A DNA stretch of 64,000 bases from the NCBI GenBank assembly GCA_963663475.2, contig CAXXJV010000001.1, positions 64,001 through 128,000 of the forward strand, read 5' to 3'. Below, one piece after another: positions 49,601 to 56,200 of the stretch (positions are counted from its first letter, which is position 1; each line of letters opens with the position of its first letter). The notes beneath the pieces were generated by a model that was given only the letters and a program-made list of their open reading frames with translations, ran no database searches and was not told the origin of the DNA. The DNA is from Candidatus Cloacimonadales bacterium. GTDB lineage: Bacteria; Cloacimonadota; Cloacimonadia; Cloacimonadales; JAFGVF01. The translations under genes and the position numbers were made by a program.

Positions 49601-51742
49601 AGCATTACCATAAGTATATGTACCTGTTGCGTTTTCAGCAAATGCAGATACAGGAACTGATAATGTTACACTGTTGTTTGCATCAAAGTTTGATAATTCA
49701 GCATCAAAAGCTGCTGGTAAATCATTGTTATTTCTTGTGAAAATAACTTTTTGAGCATTAATTAAATTATTAACTTCTACAACAATATCAATTGAATTAT
49801 CACCAGTATCAAAATACTGTTCTGTATTGTTAGCTGTAAAATATGAGTTAACATAGAATACAGGAGTAGTACCATCAACAGTTACTAGACTATTAGTTCC
49901 GCCTTCATGAAGTGAAGTAACATCATAAAAAACGATTTCTGATGGAGTTGTTGGGTCTGGAGGAATTACTGGAGGAACATAACCATCAAACTGATTAACC
50001 AGTTCAACTGATTTTTGTGATGTTCTAATGTTACCTGCATTATCTTGAATATAGGCAGTTACAGTATAATCACCAGCTACCCAGTCCATACTTTCAGGAG
50101 ACCAACTAAAAGAACCATCGCTATTAACAGCAGCATAAGCCTCTGTGTTCACGAAGTTAATATCAGTTTTACTAACACTATCTTCACCTAAGTCTGATGA
50201 AGTAGGATAGAAATACTTTTTAAAGCTAGCATCTGAATCAGAAACGATTTCAACCCAATACTTAACTTGTTCTTTTCTTTCAGGTTCTAAATCGTTTAAG
50301 AAGTCTCTTTTTACTGAGAATGTGAAGTAAACTTCATCAACATCATCAAGAGAATCTTCAGGACCCCAAGAATCTTCTTGTCCAGGATTATTACCACTTT
50401 CATCAATATATCTATTAATAGTATATCTTTGATTATCACTTGAAGAGTCAAATATTCTTAATTCAGAAGGACTACCATTCAAGTTTTCGAAAATAGGAGC
50501 TGTATTGTCTAAGACGAAATCAAGAACATTAAGTTCTGTTTCACCATCAGCAATATTAGGATTAACAACTGGAGGTAGTGGAGTTAATGTTACACTATTA
50601 CCAGCATTATCCATCATACTTACTAAAGTTAAGCCATAAACAGCTTCATCAAGTAGTACATTATTTACTTTACCGTCCCAAACAAATGTTATCACATCAC
50701 CATTAATGCTTACAGTTGGATCATCTATCGCAAATTCAATGTAGCCAACATTAGTGTCTGTGTTTTCATTTTGAACAAGTATTTCAAAAGCACTTGCATT
50801 ACCAGCTTGACCAAATCCAGGAATATCAATTTTAGCTGAGATAGTGTTAGGATTAGTATCCCAATCTCCCATCATATCATTACCTGGAGAGAATCTGAAC
50901 TGATCATTATCATATAAGTCAGATATGTTTCCTAATGTAGGAGGCATTCTATCTGCAGGATATGGATCTCCATTAACATCACCTGTAATAACATTTGATG
51001 GGTGAGGAACGCTCACATTACCCCATTGATCTGTCATTATCATTGGTATAGTTATAGATGGAATATAACCTGTTGAAATAGGCCCTGGCATTCTATCTGC
51101 TTCAAGTTCAGTAAGAACATAAGTTGCAGTAAATAAGTTACCATTACGAGTTGTAGCCAACTCAGCTGGCCCACCAATAGATGTTAAATCTAATTTTACA
51201 TCAATAACATCCTCTGTAGGATCATTCCAATCTCTATTGAAGACGAATTTCATTTCATCACCAATACCGAAAATTGATTTTCCTGCAGGAACTGATTCAA
51301 TGTGAGTTGAATTTCCGTTAGTTACAAAAGGAATTTGATTATCGATTAGTAGGTTATAGCTTTCAGTTGTATTGAGCGGGACTGATGATCCATCTACAAA
51401 GACAAATACTTGGTAGATATCACCATCTAATGGTTCATTTACATCACCAGCAGTTACTACATAATCTCCAGCATAGGAGTTAGCAACTCTTCTAGCTAAG
51501 GTTAAGCCAAATGACTCAGTTTCGCCAATAATATTATCACTCTTAATTTTTACAGAGTCGATTGTTGTAGCATCAGTATCAACTGTTACATCAAAATGAA
51601 CAGTGTACCCTACAATTGCGACATCTTGTTCGACGCCATCCGGATCGTAAATGGTGTGGTTAGCAGTTACTGTTGTTGCAGCAAAAGCTAGACCAGTCAG
51701 CATCACGAACAATAAGATTAAAATCGGATGTTTGTTTAACAT
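34667..51742 (-). CDS. Giant (5691 aa) secreted acidic multi-Ig-domain surface protein with a C-terminal FlgD/T9SS-type sorting domain
   Basis: 17-kb uninterrupted ORF; GGAGG RBS; Sec signal peptide ending AFA; recurring D..AP / D.AGN Ig-like motifs; CTD YPSP..IEIFDFAGKLVR..FDGRTNDGKRLARGAYFARI..KIAIQ. Confidence 0.92.
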   Translation of the reverse strand: MLNKHPILILLFVMLTGLAFAATTVTANHTIYDPDGVEQDVAIVGYTVHFDVTVDTDATTIDSVKIKSDNIIGETESFGLTLARRVANSYAGDYVVTAGDVNEPLDGDIYQVFVFVDGSSVPLNTTESYNLLIDNQIPFVTNGNSTHIESVPAGKSIFGIGDEMKFVFNRDWNDPTEDVIDVKLDLTSIGGPAELATTRNGNLFTATYVLTELEADRMPGPISTGYIPSITIPMIMTDQWGNVSVPHPSNVITGDVNGDPYPADRMPPTLGNISDLYDNDQFRFSPGNDMMGDWDTNPNTISAKIDIPGFGQAGNASAFEILVQNENTDTNVGYIEFAIDDPTVSINGDVITFVWDGKVNNVLLDEAVYGLTLVSMMDNAGNSVTLTPLPPVVNPNIADGETELNVLDFVLDNTAPIFENLNGSPSELRIFDSSSDNQRYTINRYIDESGNNPGQEDSWGPEDSLDDVDEVYFTFSVKRDFLNDLEPERKEQVKYWVEIVSDSDASFKKYFYPTSSDLGEDSVSKTDINFVNTEAYAAVNSDGSFSWSPESMDWVAGDYTVTAYIQDNAGNIRTSQKSVELVNQFDGYVPPVIPPDPTTPSEIVFYDVTSLHEGGTNSLVTVDGTTPVFYVNSYFTANNTEQYFDTGDNSIDIVVEVNNLINAQKVIFTRNNNDLPAAFDAELSNFDANNSVTLSVPVSAFAENATGTYTYGNATSDIKIEVITRDIEDGSFNISNVAAGDRSFKIDRPEEPIWPEIVGDIVNVVPHCISPGNPSWAYDAETNPANEAGMAHNGIDKPFNEISFTIGNSSVDYEWSLRVYDPDDETKVRSISGNKIAGIGNFSETMNFANLTNSNNNIVGALASKLLNVELKVVPEAYSDTGYIAPENAYSYATTRVDNENPQILGTNSENYIPNPAGNTFYLANGINSFNFDIETSEYLKETDWTALVYDEDTLELVPGANVVITATPTNLTDNFECPTTGTVGYKNFNITATIDNFADGVLENVNYTLILRTPNDFGGNPGRYNNPPYPFDADAWHTDSSEAFVHFIVLREAPQVVSASGQFYYINSDADMVLDKAAEAGDFQFTVSINGYPGITPIEAPARGVEEYLFDVNFSNFTGATISAPQVNDLGNGNWEITYTGSYTGIANGIANGQVIEIPVELSLGFTTGDVAVHEYDFTYNGVTYDNVAPTFNDNLVPNTVDENTVLTLSYEITDAIAGVQADKVTISCSDNTLIADNTLATALGGNIYQWQITIPNNYETNTLTFDFVAQDMLDNEETHSHTIDITPMPTVSNVAVLNNSPENQNIIKDGDVVDVTFELTDSERIDAVTITLNDGQIFNVTNYQDGLNTFVIDTFDASDYDQYEVVAANVEISHPYNGLDDSSDANSNPALSTPFVDEDQVVISDIKFFVNGQENVDNEFSAELDDDFYVEGTFVAYQNHIDINNVVLNYTPTASAGLPTLMSSTFESEEVNGFIKNTYVYRWEQTDFDYNEFIDAGNPPYGYVELNFNLEVTSDYDFYTIYNEPAVAVAIQDIPTVSNVNIYNVEGLDQYADQGNHIDIIENNNKVKVTFELTDADRISQVEITLNNGTVETVTSGLVNGLNTVIIDDFGIGNPEYATLKVEDLTITHPYEYYETESSTASTNTDVPFVDNNQVVISDLRVYVNGNETENYFSIDPNQNIRFEADVIAYQGQLTTSNVVLTYKGIQATSAQYESDVFESEPVTGFEKHTYTYSWDNADFDFANFENQTTGYEVVDFVVEARSDFNFVATPYNQDMVAINIPEYTFNGIAASRYVGYDPQGWFAPEHDVELTMTVNSVLADINPIAEFDNITNDFPDTNWINGTVVTTSTNPIPGVTIYNHQITWVRTPDVQACWNTYDDGDNIQIEVRYEDFFAVNPISIFKSIKIDLEVPTYSDYTIVQAASNINDYATANTLPGINNLSNQVNSYNFDLTLNDPQDLDSYQFDGSLYVKRIVEDMNGVSVAETGVTLPSVDPTWTVTLLGSELINVNQRALIWKITPVDNTAVENTDIVTIQFNELEDLVNHKNYAGENYNSPSNRYLAQGPQATVEFIASQADVDGITAFQYDGLDRMNAATSPYISNGQRIGVILDVQPLATDNANVTSVEILADHYNNANQGWIALAYDAVNDLYFLNSDIVVNSTVGWKELEYRITYSTNEISQQSVANVFNLIDGNTTSLDEIYVWSQTLGENGMYYVTPGDLATIKVIFNSDAPLTGTVAKPYVTLTDFNNILDIPSPYLVPQNNITWDGMQWVAELTGIPVVTNHNQTSQVVSVSATNITGQSTPASTKTISYAGSGPIVPLIQHAELVTGNATNYLAVSGSQTVDPVVNVYINTQFQEYIDNVTIDPVAGLTFGAYTVAPTVMHNSKWLATFPVTITDPALFAENQMLTLNITSFRDPFDNILTNVFEHEMALDVEVDGNDFDILINNPGTQNPVLGAFDLTIDFTNFGESLNPAYVPVGTDFVVSGNQLVNDMTPVINGNTAVLTITANDFTADAATLGNTDLTVTYTNIYGFEKSENINILLDATAPQVIANGVTFNSPVGPASYNWGDVIIYDQDFTSLVIELEDPEMFGTDGIGNINANFNLATIGVTPNTAAINNVAVNFNGSVAEFVFNAGYSGFDLAEGDYQITINATDALGNNFTDTKTFRYAHSPAGVSATTDPAITLNSGNDIELEFLVNDPDGVVNTVEFQVYLDADNDGDYTDDLGNLVLQANDAVYPYGFNWDLSSPQYTSYLYNANYDGNNDGDNLDLDENIRNYIVRVLTTSSQMRSVSDAQFTYSVADVTAPEVSDVLAAGSNSLQLVYDYITPANNNVNLTALVGAWTDVDYVELTLNGDVLVYDMVNPVNWTYDANDIGAVVITAKAYDFVGNVSAEADFSTVLEIVNPSYDKFYDLTLVDYTNFDSDNTIANGTIYSPSNPLIQNNLRVYAIYPNGLEGISEIQFFVNRIETATGNVIATLPVNNDAAVNPQYGNTNVVNPANCYDATANVWNSWITVDPNLYTNNGNYDGSDYSYEFFAVLIDSYTNNEVIPQAGIFNDNADFRVDYMKPELVVNNASVTHTSYAYYNGNTDRLVFDYVDFDGLNINNFFVDYNAVNVADNANITIDALTNTVSIPWTGLNTITGEGIVTYNVTVTDANGNVSEITPIDVYVDNQAPQTAIASLAYMTDADNGGEAMNQLHNFDGNPIAVMADNAENLTIQIDRAQILGLSTEDTENWANQTQPWYANTNDDIYPPVKLYRNIDGAGWNLIAYDHEVDANNMYQFDVTVDTGAMVEFAIIAEDTRGNVEGDLIPFDGIIDNYQVDLTVNVLYPTDITTTIVNHNADDVISGLELLTANVATPAGIQSVEFQYNDGVNWMPLGSDDSMADVDYQFSIANANIPFALIPGVHIEITDSALNTSWVELANVNDIWTADVTLARETYVVNYYVDANNDGVIDAVEMANNFVVTENINADGFALQFDTSIIPDGSYLFRAVPFDNLVATDDQAAAVEMNLIIDNSAPAFNLTALNYVMLDSYKTLAENLEFTLDYANPNDVHTVQAWLVDVNNPANTYQIVNDVYAAYDVRPTDFSLVLAGVPDGNYYLDVTVQDFVFNANNQSPALGDNLYIDTNAPVITAVNNPFNMSGIYTETHSFTVAYNDYLAQLLDANSNGLGVKAMQATFTHNATVDLVDVKVSDDGANLVFDWTPSQAMMNEVINGQDNILVNVDLTLTDHNDYVSAIFNAGNFTLRSDEVGAKIMVVSDFRNGAETFHQTNVTNNNEITDVIGGNNINLYAFLPEGNNVIDPNNVRFEYWDGTNWMQFAANAVWTPIANFAGNGTVAGYAEFMSVNWNIANMDGDYTVRTVSEYNFGEVVNETNLHIWNSTIVPEITLSTLEGQTTTEVNRGSEYILSIGNFNSSNPEFFNQVNYMYRFLDENDNVASPWNQLSGFVANEYNWTIGMDYLFAEKVQIAVQVEDIFNNVDDQASFIANGGNPYLVDIIDSQAPMVTDLTVNQAGNPVAAGATVAIANALDLAITVDNPVLDLASLVINLDGNQVHSLAYDTNNQVDPTLVNYSVDISALTTGTYQIEVVTADFVGHTYNETFAFSVDTDAPTGALVLAENDNGSITRGMAYTFNANAMDNVSTQLTINYFWSDAAANVWNPIALDANGQWIIPQTWTIGANYDFKAEIEDEYNNVGESIVTYQVFDNITPLVANSMNTLVDDSIFNMNDEITLTFDVDATNIINGNIELQYADVLNGNWMSLGFTPAALNAGLTEVTFANLGLASGFYNFKAIVSDLAIPANQYDINLGSMVYYDADAPEVFFTNIDNDSEFVLGEMVAINADVNYTDGTNEIAPQDVASVEFKVNGQSHAIVENAPYTYVWNTALLANVGTYTIEAIVTDNDGFINNTLQNVVLVTPNENDPYAVITAFEFDNEAISTDKMYAKVTNWGNNVTAVVAQYTTDNINWVDFAINTVNNDPYYEFDFNAEAIQNAIAVKVNVMMNNDEESSLVYPLNVTYNQGEFELAPANGNIEIHENNLMVVDTDSMPNVIRVDENGYAGYETINEDYEFNLVVNANNELPGYWLSGVANGAAWIKFAELDPMAASNGAIVNYNNPYWFTMLDNEMPLADHYAQLTDQVLVNSNIAGNATYTLPLTATVAVEGDIVALAWDAVLADFVEIDVVYSESDASMTFTAPVNTVVTVGQYLGFEMFVTEFAPVNNDVFVEGTNLWTLPNVAMNFTVYHEENEQGYQLPAGFGLGNISITLNNGINNVNNIALVNGVVSFDLVNMMAGQNELEVHVEMNGFHANQTLYFFVDDSMPTIAFESTSILSATNRTLTATIEDAETGLMDYNLVVTNNDPAVNTVLNVPMNEITVTGNEFSYEMTVEELVTLVPQPMRSGRNSREVASLNVQWTAVNNLNLVNVMAANVTANVVVNRPQITIHDAGFENGWWLNPAMSNELLMSVVPADGRTIALEDINVSILAITDLNPAGILIQTSNPVATANENEYVFGFAQLQLPNSLGIKVRVNAIDDIDVNNVAEQTFSLDYMDPVVTATAPTNPVVNFGSDAQIAFSFNDPQGHFIDDDLVQHFSGASGIDISTLVLTLDGNVVNGQVSNGSVAYAASDLVPGAHTAIASVSDFVGNTASATVNFEIVGGPAPLVDFSPLANGSWWITTANNYEFDLTVESGHTDTALQSVVANIIQLPNNEVIQGPFSVSLENGQGTINFHGGIVTPGQNAIKVEVIAENDWAIQTVSSQTFPIDNSRPELTIVNPEINYSVMVGNNVNVNIMANDNMSGLAMSSIKVTSLNGDFTVEEIDSDSPEAFNLAVSTDDLLAGTYVIEAQAKDMAGNVTTVTRNFAITAPAPIIAISALDASNGWVNTQNNNAISFTVDGNGYELDNASIMASIIAMPNNEVIYEPFTVQADNGIYNINLHGGLIPADANTVKVLVMASNVAGGNAVSNQSYPIDSYIPTIEFVSPVANTTYTHAENMFVDVMMTLSDIMPEVKAMASSGLDMLEIKVFDNDNVTVIDTVKNNVANSYACRVPVNGLGQYRIEATIYDRAGNSNTQMMNFTVDMDWANVDLMFTAKPYMYPSPLQRGDVGTFVIPTTKEAQVTIEIFDFAGKLVREMSHNSIGGDTNNMIQFDGRTNDGKRLARGAYFARINIVDGAKEINKVVKIAIQ

Positions 51743-51759
51743 AATTTGAAACCTCCAAA

Positions 51760-51930
51760 TTACAATTTTTTTTCTAATATTTGTAAGAAATTCCCAGCAT
51801 AGCCGACATTTCTTGTTTCAAAATTCATAAAATCTTCTACTTCTCTCTCAAATATTCTACACCAACCGTAAGGCTCTCCTCTGTTTTTTACATTAGTTAA
51901 AAGTCCATAAAAACCGCTTTTCATAAGCAT
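51760..51930 (-). CDS. Small ORF (56 aa, or 54 aa from ATG 51924) immediately upstream of the giant gene, absent from the ORF track
   Basis: Translated by hand: MLMKSGFYGLLTNVKNRGEPYGWCRIFEREVEDFMNFETRNVGYAGNFLQILEKKL; AGGAG 9 nt before the second ATG; stop 3 nt before the giant gene's GGAGG. Confidence 0.55.
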   Translation of the reverse strand: MLMKSGFYGLLTNVKNRGEPYGWCRIFEREVEDFMNFETRNVGYAGNFLQILEKKL

Positions 51931-52004
51931 TTTCTCCTATATTAAGTTATATCATTTTATTTCCGAAACGTGCAAAGTGTTTTAAACACACTAATATAGT
52001 TTCG

Positions 52005-52033
52005 ATTTGATAACAAGTTCATGAAATTGTCAA
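52005..52033 (-). promoter_or_regulatory. Putative sigma70 promoter of the giant-protein operon
   Basis: Minus strand TTGACA-17 nt-TCAAAT. Confidence 0.45.
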
Positions 52034-53234
52034 GTTTTTTCTATTTTTTTTAATATTAGTTATTTTAGGCAATTTTTTATGGCTTTTTTATCCTTTCCTA
52101 TACTACAAAGTGCATGATCAGCATATTTCAGTTTTTGCATTTTTATTTACTTTATCATTTCTCTGATATTATATTGTCTTTTAGGCGTTTAACTCATATA
52201 TAAACATTTCACTCAGGTGAAATATTATCTAATTATGCAACATTCTTTATTTTTTTTTATTGCAAAGATAATTATCTGATACTTACCCATGTAAACAAAA
52301 CCTACACCTTGTATCTGACTCTTACTTTATCTTTAGTTCTCTAACAATAATCTTATAAAACTGAAAAGTATTCAAGGCACAAGAGAATTTAGATAAGCTA
52401 ATCAGCTAGCCCCCCTTTTTTGCTTTGTGATATTATAGGAGTAATTAGTTAGAAGGTTAAGCTAGAATGGCAAGTAGAATTTATTCGAGTAAGGCAGTTT
52501 CTTCTTCAAAAGCAAGAAAGGCAGAAATATACCCTTATCGGCAAGCATCTAGAGCATTATTAGGCGAAATTAGTCTCAGATTAACTACAGACCAAGACTA
52601 AAGTCAAGTTTAAGATGAGGCAATATAAAGTCTGCTGAAAGACTAATTTGTTTGATTAAATTTGATGAAACTTTCTTATCTTTCTTTACGGTCTATTGGG
52701 CCTCTATTAGCTATCCATTAGTATAAGAACTAATAATCTCCCAATAGACAAGCTATATAAGTTATATATACATTAGATTATCTTAGAGGGAAGAAAGGGT
52801 TACTCTCCCTGCCTTAGACCAACATGCCATCTCTAGGCAGGAGCCAACAAGCCAAAGAATTAGGTTGTCCAACTGAGACCATACCTCTGATACAGAATTA
52901 AAGAACAGAAAAGGGAAATAGCTCCTTCCATAGTATATATATTTATATATATACCAGCACTAACTTGTATTCATAAACAAGGAATAAGTATTTTAGTAAA
53001 ATTAGCATATTTATGATGTATTTCTTATATTTAAATGGCAGAAATTTAAAATTAAAGACAATAAATAGTTAGCTTTATTTTGGGATATTTAGCATTATAA
53101 GTGGATTTTAAGACTATTTAATAATATTTTTTGTAAATTTATTTTTTTTTCTTGACTAAATTGTAACGAATCTTTACAGATGAATATACGAAGTTTACAC
53201 ATAATTAATCACTTATAAATTTAATGGGGTTGTC

Positions 53235-56200
53235 ATGGAAATAGGTACTAACCAAGCTATGGAAAAGTATATTGTAGAGAAGATCTCAAAGCTATCAGAG
53301 CTTATCAATAAGTTGGAAGATAAAGGTAGTTCTCTGATTGAAGTTACTGGAAATTCAGGAACTGGCAAATCACTACTTTTCAAGAATCTAATAAAAAGGC
53401 TAGAGAGTAAAGATAGTTTTTATCAGATATTAACTCCGAGAATTTTCGGTCAAAATCATTTTAAAGACTTTGTACAATTGATGACTGGTATAAATGACAA
53501 AGACTTCAAAATGATTCATGATTTGAGTAAGGAGTACAAGACAGGTCAAAAGTATGACTTCTTCTTTTTCTTTAGTGAACAATTGAAGTTAAGAGACTTT
53601 GCTAGACCTTGTATTATACTCATCGATGACTGCAATCTAGTAGATAGTTACACTAAGGATTTCATCCAGTATATTATTAATTATTGGAAAGATATCCCCT
53701 TAAAAGTAGTTGCCTTTACACCAGAAAATACATTTACATTTTCTGATAAATTTATTTTAGACTTTCTTACACAAGAGGATATTGTTAAGATATTAACAGT
53801 ATCTTTCCCTAACATAAAAAGTGATTTCCAGAATGAAGCTGAGATTATTAAAAATATTTCTAAAGGAAATCTCTATATAGTCAACTACATTGTTTCTTCT
53901 TTAGCAAAAAGTAAAGGTAAGCTAGACCTATCCAACTTCATAGATAAGAATCTAGATAGTTTCAAAATTCATACTGCCATAATTGACTCATTAACAGAAG
54001 TTCAGCAAGACATATTATTCTACATATTCTTGCTTGACAACCATGCTGAATACAAAATACTTAAGAAAATATTTTCAAGTAAGTTAGATAAAAATTTAGA
54101 TTCACTTATAAAGTCCTTTTTAGTAGTTGACCACAAAGGCACTTTCTACATTCACAAAGTTTCATCTTATAAAGAGTATTTCGATAGCCTTTCCTTAAAG
54201 AAATATCAAGATAAGATTGAGGAAGTTGTGGATATTTTGCAACAGTTTAATTTAGAACCATATAATATTGTTAACTATTTTATTCTGCTAAACAATCATA
54301 ATTCTGAACTTTTTGAAGAATCTTTAGCCGAACTAGACTCTTTATATGACTATAAGAGTAAAATAGGACTGCTCAAATTTCTTTATTCCAAGCATAAGAA
54401 GATTGAAAAGAAGCTGGAGATACTAAAACAGTTAGGGCTTGCCCATATTGATTTAAATGATTATGAGAAAGCAGTAGATTTATTTAGAGAGTACCTACAT
54501 ATATGTAGTAAACATAGCACTCCTGAAGCAGAAATAATTTATTATTTAGCCTCAGCTTTGTTCAACTCCAACTCCTCTAATTTTGCTTTAGAAATAATTA
54601 AGCAATACTCTCCTGAAAACATAGATTTAGTCTGGAAGATTAAAATCCTTCTCTTGAAATCAGATATTTTAATGGAAGGAGAAGATTTTGTAGAAGCTAG
54701 TGAAATCATTGATCAGGTAGTTAACAGTGCTTTCCAAATCGATGATAAGAAAGTTCAGTCAAATATTTTAGGTGATACTAAGAAGTTATCAGGTAAGTTA
54801 TATTACTTCAAGAATGATTATGATAAAGCTGCAGACTTATTCATGGATGCTGAAACTTACTATAAGAAAGCAGATAATTATATTGGTTTAGCAGCTGTTT
54901 ATAATAACATAGGTGTCTTATACCAATTTAAGGGCGAGTATGATAATTCAGAAGAAATGTATAAGAAGAGTATGGAGTTAGAGAAGAACAGATATAACTT
55001 AAAGGGTATTTCTGTGTGTTATAACAATCTTGGTGGTTTAATGGACGATAAGGGCAATCGTTCTGAGTCAATTTACTACCTAAAAGAAGCTTTAGAAATT
55101 CAAACTCTTTTGAATGATCCTTATCAAATCACCAACATCTATAACAATCTTGGTGTTACTTACATGGATGAAAAGAATTATAAGAACTCTGAAGATGCTT
55201 TTAGGAAGTCTCTAGAAATAGCTATTAATTTTAATTTCTTCAGAGTATTAATTCCCACATACAATAATCTAGGAACCCTCTTCAATGCTAAAGGGGATTG
55301 GGATAAGGCTATCGAATATTATCAAAAAGCTATTGATAAATGTCTGGAATATGATGATTTTGATGGTCTAATAATTTCTTATAGTAATTTAGGTGAAATT
55401 TATGAGAAAAGAGGAGAGTTTAATATTGCCTACGACCTCTATTTCAAAGGATTAGAGCTCTTACCAAAGGTTAATGATGAGAACATTAAAGCTGATTTAT
55501 ATGGTAATATTGGTTCTGTTTTAACCAACCTACACAAATTTAAAGAAGCCTACTCTTATCTGGTAGAAAGTTTAGATTTCTTTAAATCAGTTGATGCCAA
55601 ACATAAAATTGTTGAAGGTTATCAAAAACAAGCAATGTACTTTGTAATGACCCATAATTATGAAAGTGCAGCCTATTATTTAAATCAAGCTTTAGCAATA
55701 GCAGAAGAATTAAATCTTACAAATGAACTTGGTAAGTCTTATTACCTCAAAGCTATTTTAGAAAGAGATGATTTTGAATCTGCTAAAAAATATATTCTTA
55801 AGTCCATTGAGCTTTTCTTATCAAACTCTAAGCAATATGAGTTAGCCCAAGCCAACTATCTTTTGGCAACTATTCTAGCAGATGAACAGGATTGGGAACA
55901 AGCCTTAGAAATTCTCAATAATAATAGAAAATCAATTAAGAAATTCGGAGCTATTAAACTTTTAGAAAAGAATGATATCTTAATAGCTAATATAACTAAA
56001 GAACATAAAGCTGAATTAGAAGGTTCTAGAAATCAGGTTGAGTTAACTAACAAGTTCTACGAAATAACTAAAGACCTTGGTACTATAACTAATTTTGATA
56101 CCTTATTGGAAGAATCTTCCAACAAATTAGTAGAATTTTCAGAAGCAGACTCTGCAATTGTCTGCCTTTATAACAATCAAGCTATTAAGGATAGCTGGCA

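Noticed and set aside
51931-53234. Sigma54 -24/-12 promoter for the giant operon
   Set aside because: TGGCA occurrences (~52468 +, ~52829 -, ~53036 +) lack the correctly spaced TTGC
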